Positions 45,399-50,924 of a stretch of 50,924 bases of DNA are shown here, piece after piece; within the stretch, counting starts at the first letter, position 1, and every line of letters starts with the position of its first letter. A program made the translations under genes and the position numbers. Below the pieces are notes generated by a model that saw only the letters and a list, made by a program, of their open reading frames with translations, searched no databases and was not told where the DNA came from. Origin of the DNA: Alistipes communis. Its GTDB lineage: Bacteria; Bacillota_I; Bacilli_A; RFN20; CAG-826. The stretch spans positions 13,813 through 64,736 of the forward strand of contig CAVKFY010000029.1 in assembly GCA_963655775.1 (NCBI GenBank), in the 5' to 3' direction.

Positions 45399-46934
45399 AT
45401 GGAAAAAATAATTGTTTTGGATTTTGGCGGGCAATATAACCAATTGATCGCCAGAAGGGTTAGACAAACCCATGTTTATAGTGAGGTCCTTCCTTATACG
45501 ACTTCGCTAGATGTTCTTTCCTCTCCCGATGTTAAAGGAATCATTTTCACTGGTGGACCAAATAGTGTCTATGATGAAAAATCTCCTCATATCAGCAAAG
45601 AGATATTCTCATTAGGCAAACCTATTATGGGAATATGTTATGGCGCCCAACTTATGGCTTATACGTTGGGTGGTGAAGTTGCAAATCGTGGCAACACCGA
45701 GTATGGAAATATTGAAATTTCTATAGTCGAAGAAAACGTGTTAACAAAAGGAGTTCCGACAGTTAATAACGTCTTTATGTCACACAATGATGAAGTAATT
45801 AAGCTTCCAGGAGGATTTAAGACGATTGCAAGTAGCAAGCATTGTCATAACGCTGCCTTTGCAAACGAAGAGAGAAAACTTTATGCGACTCAATTCCATC
45901 CTGAAGTTGAACATAGTGAGTATGGGCAAAAGATGTTAGAGAATTTTGTCCTTGATGTTTGCAAATGCTCTCCATCTTGGAAACCATCTTCATTCATCGA
46001 TGATAAGATTGCGGAAATTCGTGAACAAGTAGGAGATAAGAAGGTCATTTGCGCCTTATCTGGCGGAGTGGATTCTTCTGTTGTTGCAGCTTTAATTGGT
46101 AAAGCCGTTGGCCCTCAACTTACATGCGTATTCGTTGATCATGGCCTACTTAGAAAAGATGAAGCAAAGCAAGTCATTGCAACATTTAGCAACAAAGAAA
46201 AATTCTCTTTCAATTTCATTCCAGTTGATGCTTCTGATTTATTCTTAGAAAGACTTTCTGGCGTTACCGATCCTGAGCAAAAGAGAAAAATCATTGGTAA
46301 ATCCTTCATTGATGTCTTTAAAAAAACAAAAGAAAGTATTCCAACATGCGAATATCTTGCTCAAGGAACAATCTATCCAGACCGTATTGAATCTGGCTTA
46401 GGAATTTCTCAAACTATCAAATCTCACCATAACGTTGGTGGCCTTCCAAAGGATATTGGTTTTGAAGACATTGTTGAGCCTTTAAAAGATTTATTTAAAG
46501 ATGAGGTCAGAGAACTTGGCCTTCTTCTTGGATTACCTTATGAACTCATATATCGCCAACCATTCCCAGGACCTGGCTTAGGAATTCGTATTATTGGTGA
46601 TATCACCAAAGACAAGATTAGAATTGTTCAAGACGCGGACGCAATCTTTAGAGAAGAAATCAAAAATGCAGGATACGATAAAAAGATAAATCAATATTTT
46701 GCCGCTTTATCGAATATGCGTTCAGTCGGAGTTATGGGCGATGGAAGAACGTATGATTATGCGATTGTTCTTCGTGCCGTTACCACGGATGACTTTATGA
46801 CTGCAAAACCCGCAAACATTCCTTACGAAATAATCACAAATATATCCAATAGAATTGTTAACGAGGTTAAAGGAGTAAATCGTGTTGTTTACGATTTTAC
46901 TTCTAAACCACCGAGCACAATTGAACTTGAATAA
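45399..46934 (+). CDS. guaA: GMP synthase (glutamine-hydrolysing)
   Basis: Start re-set to MEKIIVLDFGGQYNQLIARRVR. GATase Cys in GICYGAQL. ATP-PPase P-loop SGGVDSSV. C-terminus KPPSTIELE. Confidence 0.95.
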   Translation: MEKIIVLDFGGQYNQLIARRVRQTHVYSEVLPYTTSLDVLSSPDVKGIIFTGGPNSVYDEKSPHISKEIFSLGKPIMGICYGAQLMAYTLGGEVANRGNTEYGNIEISIVEENVLTKGVPTVNNVFMSHNDEVIKLPGGFKTIASSKHCHNAAFANEERKLYATQFHPEVEHSEYGQKMLENFVLDVCKCSPSWKPSSFIDDKIAEIREQVGDKKVICALSGGVDSSVVAALIGKAVGPQLTCVFVDHGLLRKDEAKQVIATFSNKEKFSFNFIPVDASDLFLERLSGVTDPEQKRKIIGKSFIDVFKKTKESIPTCEYLAQGTIYPDRIESGLGISQTIKSHHNVGGLPKDIGFEDIVEPLKDLFKDEVRELGLLLGLPYELIYRQPFPGPGLGIRIIGDITKDKIRIVQDADAIFREEIKNAGYDKKINQYFAALSNMRSVGVMGDGRTYDYAIVLRAVTTDDFMTAKPANIPYEIITNISNRIVNEVKGVNRVVYDFTSKPPSTIELE

Positions 46935-47033
46935 GAAAATGGGCATCGATTGATGCCCATTCTTTAGTTGTTGGCGCAATAATTAGGCGCGTCTTTTAGT
47001 ATTTTCACATCATATGGATGGATTTCTCTTAAA
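46935..47033. repeat. Direct repeat copy 1: displaced duplicate of the guaB 3' end plus terminator (attL-like)
   Basis: 46935-47013 is identical over 79 bp to 48069-48147. The next 20 bp match at 16/20. Encodes a pseudo C-terminus ...[18 protein letters not shown]. Confidence 0.9.
46938..46961. terminator. Intrinsic terminator (duplicated copy, now serving guaA)
   Basis: AATGGGCATC-gatt-GATGCCCATT: perfect 10-bp stem, flanked by A-run and T-run. Confidence 0.7.
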
Positions 47034-47034
47034 T

Positions 47035-47825
47035 CTTCCTTGAAAGCCTCATTCATTTTGACCGAAACTTCAAAAGCATTCTGTTCTGATGTTAAAATGT
47101 TCATTTTTGCCACCAATGAGAAACTTACTATCCTTGATATGAAAATGTTTGAAGATAATATTTGTAACTTGCTGGCTACGGCTGAAGAATACATTTTAAA
47201 AAAACATTAGATGGAAAAGCGAAATTACAGAGGTATTGAACGAGAAGAAATCCCAGAAATACCTGCAGCAGTTATCAGAGAGGTTTTGGCCAACAGCTTT
47301 GCTCATGCCGCTTATAATGGCAGAACGAATCATGAAATCTGTATCCATCCAGGAATGATTACGATTTACAGCCCTGGGGAGTACGCAAGTAAACATAGCC
47401 CTGAAGAATATATCAAAGGAAACTTTGAATCAGAGATCAGAAATGCTACTATATCGAAAATTTTATATTTAAGAAGATCTATCGAACAATTTGGAAGCGG
47501 ATTTAAACGTGTAGATAGTCTCTGTAAAGATGCTGGGGTGAAGTATTCTTATGAAAATACATTTAATGGATTTAAATTTATTATCTACCGTCCTCAAATT
47601 CAAAGTGACATTCCAAGCGTCACTTTGGATGTCACTTTGAATGGCACAGAGATGTCTGTGCTTGCATTGTTAAAACAAAAACCAGATTCTTGCCGCGATG
47701 AAATAGCTGAAAAAATATCGAAAACAGTGAGAACGGTTCAAAGAGCACTTGATTCATTGAAAGACAAAGGATATATAGAAAGAATAGGCTCTAAGCAGAA
47801 TCCAAAATGGAAAACACTAAAATAA
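47035..47825 (+). pseudogene. 5'-truncated, nonsense-interrupted gene for a Schlafen/AlbA_2-HATPase_c_4-type putative regulator (COG2865-like)
   Basis: The listed ORF 47211-47825 has the HATPase_c_4-like region (AVIREVLANSFAHAAY...ITIYSPGEY...FGSGFKRV) plus a C-terminal wHTH. The same frame is open upstream to the repeat boundary but is broken by TAG at 47208-47210. The N-terminal AlbA_2 domain is absent. Confidence 0.6.
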
Positions 47826-48068
47826 TAGGATCTATTTGATGTTCATTCGGAGAGAGTACTTCGTAATATAATTTTTGCTTTCTTAAGCAAGGCGGCTTTA
47901 CAAATCGAACCGAAATATATTTCTATTATCTATGGTAATGTAGCGAGTGTTGTCAACCCCAGCAATAGAATAACAACATTAGTCCACGCAGGCAGGATGA
48001 TATGGATAAATTAAAGAATTAAAAGAAAGCCGAACACGACAGAAAATAATTTATAAACAAAACCGATT

Positions 48069-48167
48069 GAAAATGGGCATCGATTGATGCCCATTCTTTA
48101 GTTGTTGGCGCAATAATTAGGCGCGTCTTTTAGTATTTTCACATCATGCGGATGACTTTCTCTTAAA
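48069..48167. repeat. Direct repeat copy 2 (attR-like): functional guaB 3' end plus terminator
   Basis: See copy 1. The two copies are offset by exactly 1134 bp. Confidence 0.9.
48072..48095. terminator. Intrinsic terminator of guaB
   Basis: Same 10-bp-stem hairpin as 46938-46961. Confidence 0.7.
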
Positions 48168-49237
48168 CCGTTATTTGTGACTCTGATAAAACACGCTTTG
48201 TCTTTTAGTTCATTAAAATCATGTGCTCCACAGTAACCCATTCCGCTTCTTAAACCACCGAGTAATTGATAAACGACATCTTGCACGCTTCCTTTAAATG
48301 GAGCAAGTCCTTCAATGCCTTCTGGAACAAGCTTTTCTTGTTTAACGTCTTTGGATTGGAAATATCTATCTGCAGAGCCACGTTTCATGGCAACGAGCGA
48401 ACCCATTCCAACATATGATTTATATTTTTTACCATCTTTTTCGATGATTTCGCCTGGTGCTTCAAGAGTGCCTGCAAGCATTGATCCAAGCATTACGGAA
48501 TCTGCACCAAGAGCCATTGCTTTTACGATGTCTCCAGAATGCTTAATTCCTCCATCGGCAATGACTGTAACACCCTTGCCTTTACAATAAGAAACAACTT
48601 CATCAACAGCACTAGCTTGAGGGCAACCAACACCTGCAACGACTCTTGTTGTGCAAATTGATCCAGGTCCTATACCCACTTTAACGCCATCCGCACCAGC
48701 CTCAATTAAATCTCTAGCTGCTTCTTTTGTAACAATGTTTCCAACAATTAATTGGACATTTGCATAGGATTTTTTGATTTTTCTTGTTGCTTCGATGACA
48801 TTTTTGGAATGCCCATGAGCAGAATCTAAGACTAGTAAGTCTGCACCAGCTTCTATTAAAGAAGATGCTCTTTCTAATAATTCGGAATTAGTTCCAATAG
48901 CTGCACCGCATAGAAGACGTCCATTTGAATCTAATGCAGCATTAGGATAACCTTCAAAGGTTGCTTCTTTTACAAGTCTTACTTCTTTACATTGTTCTTC
49001 AATGCTTAGATTTTTATGGATAATTGAAATTCCACCAAGTCTTGCTAAGGCGATAGCCATTTCGTGTTCACTTACAGTATCCATAGCCGCGGATAGTAAG
49101 GGGATGTTGAGTTTGATTTTCTTTGTTAAGCAGGTATCAAGTTTGACTTCTTTTGGGAGAACGTTTGATTCCTGGGGGATGAGGAGTAAGTCATCATAGG
49201 TGAGACCTAATTTGATGTTTTCTAATTTCATTTTCAC
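48098..49237 (-). CDS. guaB: IMP dehydrogenase lacking the Bateman (CBS) subdomain
   Basis: 379 aa. [18 protein letters not shown], active-site loop [17 protein letters not shown]-terminal [16 protein letters not shown]. About 12 residues ([12 protein letters not shown]) replace the ~120-aa CBS pair. Confidence 0.85.
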   Translation of the reverse strand: MKMKLENIKLGLTYDDLLLIPQESNVLPKEVKLDTCLTKKIKLNIPLLSAAMDTVSEHEMAIALARLGGISIIHKNLSIEEQCKEVRLVKEATFEGYPNAALDSNGRLLCGAAIGTNSELLERASSLIEAGADLLVLDSAHGHSKNVIEATRKIKKSYANVQLIVGNIVTKEAARDLIEAGADGVKVGIGPGSICTTRVVAGVGCPQASAVDEVVSYCKGKGVTVIADGGIKHSGDIVKAMALGADSVMLGSMLAGTLEAPGEIIEKDGKKYKSYVGMGSLVAMKRGSADRYFQSKDVKQEKLVPEGIEGLAPFKGSVQDVVYQLLGGLRSGMGYCGAHDFNELKDKACFIRVTNNGLRESHPHDVKILKDAPNYCANN

Positions 49238-49396
49238 TCCTTTTTGAAAATATTGCGGTTAATTTACTCTTTTGGAATAGAGAAAACTATCTATTTTTAT
49301 CAAAAGCGCTTTCTACTATATATTGAGAGAAAATGGTGTTACTATTTTATCTTGGGCGTGCTCAAATATTGAAAATTTTGACAGGTATTTTGTGTT

Positions 49397-50143
49397 ATGG
49401 AAAAGAAAAAGAAACGTAAGAAGCTAATAATCATTTTTAGTTCAATTGGCGCTTTTATTGCTGCTGTTGTGGCAGCATTCTTCATATATGTTGGCATTTA
49501 TAATCATGCGACAAATGAAGCGTTAACATATTTAAAAGACTCTGAAACAGTTAAAGTAGAAGACAAAGATTCTTATGTTACATTTTCTCCAAAAAAGACT
49601 GACAACAAAATAGGATTTATTTTTTATCCAGGTGGTAAGGTTGAATATAAAGCTTATGCGCCAATTCTAAACGATCTATCTTCTGAAGCGGGAATTACAT
49701 CCATCTTAGTAAAGATGCCATTTAATCTAGCGGTCTTTAATATGAATGGCGCGGATAAGAAGCAAAGCCTTTATCCAGAAATATCTAACTGGTATATTGG
49801 CGGACATTCTCTTGGAGGAGCAATGGCGTCTTCTTATTTAGAAAGTCATCTTTCTGAATATAAAGGAGCAATTCTTTTTGCCGCATATTCAACTGCAGAT
49901 TTAACAAGTAAAAGTGATCTAAGAATTCTTTCCCTTTTAGCAAGCAACGATAAAGTTTTAAAGAAAGACAAATATGAATCAAACAAGAAAAACCTTCCTA
50001 ACCTTGTTGAGAAAACAATCGAAGGAGGAATCCATTCTTATTTCGGTGACTATGGCATTCAAAGGGGTGACGGAACTCCAACGATTACTGTAACCGAGCA
50101 AAGAAAACAAATCGTTTCCTGTATAAGTAGTTTTGTTTCGTAA
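49397..50143 (+). CDS. Membrane-anchored alpha/beta-fold hydrolase
   Basis: N-terminal TM (LIIIFSSIGAFIAAVVAAFFIYVGIY). Nucleophile elbow GGHSLGG. Confidence 0.7.
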   Translation: MEKKKKRKKLIIIFSSIGAFIAAVVAAFFIYVGIYNHATNEALTYLKDSETVKVEDKDSYVTFSPKKTDNKIGFIFYPGGKVEYKAYAPILNDLSSEAGITSILVKMPFNLAVFNMNGADKKQSLYPEISNWYIGGHSLGGAMASSYLESHLSEYKGAILFAAYSTADLTSKSDLRILSLLASNDKVLKKDKYESNKKNLPNLVEKTIEGGIHSYFGDYGIQRGDGTPTITVTEQRKQIVSCISSFVS

Positions 50144-50189
50144 TAGAAATAAACTAAAATAATGTCAATCTAAGAATGCTTTTACTTAA

Positions 50190-50924
50190 ATGAATCAGAA
50201 TGCGATTGCCAAAGAAATATCTCTTTCCATCAAAGAAGGAAAATGGCTGTCTGTCGTTTATGATTCATCCAAAGAAAAAAGAGATACGTGTTTTTGGTGT
50301 TTCATAAAGGACATTAATCCAGAAAAACAAATATTTCGTGTACTTGCGTTTAATGATTTCAAAGGCATTGAAGTCATTGAATGCAATTTAGCATTTAACA
50401 AAATCAAATCAGCAAAAGTCATTAATTTCACGACAGGAAAATATAACGAAAACCTTGTTAAGAAAATCAATGACAACATCCAAGACTATGGTTGGTTAAA
50501 ATATGAGAATTTCTCTAACAACATTCTTCGTTATCTTGAAGCGTGTGCTAATGCGGATTCCGATCCCTATGTTTTAGATTATTCCATGGTTGAAGGAATT
50601 GACGCGGATAAGTTAAAAGAAGATGGTGAATTTGTTTTATCCAAAGCTCAGATTCATACCTTAGTCAGAAAAGTAATCAAGTTAGATTTAGATGAATGGA
50701 ACAAGAAACAATCGGAATTAGCAATTTCTCGACTAGCAATCGATGATGGAAATAAGAAATACATTGTTGGATATCACAAAATATATTTCTCTCCAGAAGA
50801 TAGAAAGATGAAAATTGTTGGAGAAATCAAAGTAAATCCAACATTCTTAATCAATGGAAAGAAACATTCCTTGAGCGTATATACCGAATTAAGTGCAATT
50901 GAATTCAAGAACCTTCTAAGACAT
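50190..50924 (+). CDS. Hypothetical protein, 5' part only (runs off the window)
   Basis: ATG at 50190, then 245 codons open to the last base (MNQNAIAKEISLSIKEGKWLSVVYDSSKEKRDTCFW...). Not in the ORF track, presumably because no stop is reached. No family recognised. Confidence 0.55.
   Translation, partial: MNQNAIAKEISLSIKEGKWLSVVYDSSKEKRDTCFWCFIKDINPEKQIFRVLAFNDFKGIEVIECNLAFNKIKSAKVINFTTGKYNENLVKKINDNIQDYGWLKYENFSNNILRYLEACANADSDPYVLDYSMVEGIDADKLKEDGEFVLSKAQIHTLVRKVIKLDLDEWNKKQSELAISRLAIDDGNKKYIVGYHKIYFSPEDRKMKIVGEIKVNPTFLINGKKHSLSVYTELSAIEFKNLLRH

Noticed and set aside
46964-47194. 76-aa minus-strand ORF ending in [18 protein letters not shown]
   Set aside because: It is a chimeric by-product of the duplicated guaB 3' end. 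Its upstream part has no IMPDH similarity and is antisense to the pseudogene frame.
49238-49396. Purine/guanine riboswitch upstream of guaB (and upstream of guaA, 45323-45398)
   Set aside because: I looked for the conserved purine-riboswitch core (paired P2/P3 loops with the UAUNNNG...CCGNNNCUAC-type junctions) on the appropriate strands and did not see it. Only AT-rich promoter-like DNA is present.
1-50924. Mollicutes-type genetic code (TGA = Trp)
   Set aside because: With the standard code, all recognisable genes are full-length and motif-complete. Several end on TGA at sensible positions (for example 6693-6695, 12314-16 and 23102-04, the latter two in ATGA start/stop overlaps). No in-frame TGA is needed inside conserved domains.

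Overview
Low-G+C, standard-genetic-code chromosome segment that looks Firmicutes/Mollicutes-like: lipobox lipoproteins, many ABC systems, tightly coupled operons. All family calls come from motif recognition by eye; no database search was run.

Layout:
(1) 146-16202: a LacI-linked extracellular glycan utilisation locus. It holds a beta-helix glycanase lipoprotein with two discoidin/CBM32-like domains, an 864-aa multi-module surface lipoprotein of unknown family, a sugar ABC importer and two GH65 phosphorylases. It ends with an unusual single-ORF fusion of beta-phosphoglucomutase to the MsmK/MalK-type ABC ATPase.
(2) 16276-19997: a small accessory patch. It contains a PD-(D/E)XK gene split just after its start codon by a conspicuously G+C-rich IS200-type element, a LOG-family gene and an AAA+/DUF4143 ATPase-nuclease.
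(3) 20281-25293: a GPH transporter, cytoplasmic type-B carboxylesterase and GH31 operon.
(4) 25328-32450, minus strand: a seven-gene operon matching the sulfo-transaldolase (sulfo-TAL) sulfoquinovose pathway. Members are a YihQ-like GH31, a transaldolase, a YihU-like reductase, FucI-like and DUF4867-like proteins, a TauE-type exporter and a ROK-like regulator. Its GH31 lacks the sulfonate-binding arginine and its transaldolase lacks the conserved phosphate-site arginine.
(5) 32663-45280: a MacB-type fused ABC protein, MFS proteins, an orphan AAA+ ATPase, a HAD hydrolase, and a TetR-linked ABC system with a giant permease.
(6) 45399-49237: convergent guaA and a Bateman(CBS)-less guaB. They are separated by a 1.1-kb decayed insertion bounded by 79-bp perfect direct repeats that duplicate the guaB 3' end and terminator.

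Recurring pattern: each of the three orphan P-loop/PD-(D/E)XK genes carries its own private array of helically phased direct repeats immediately upstream (10-bp or 33-bp period).
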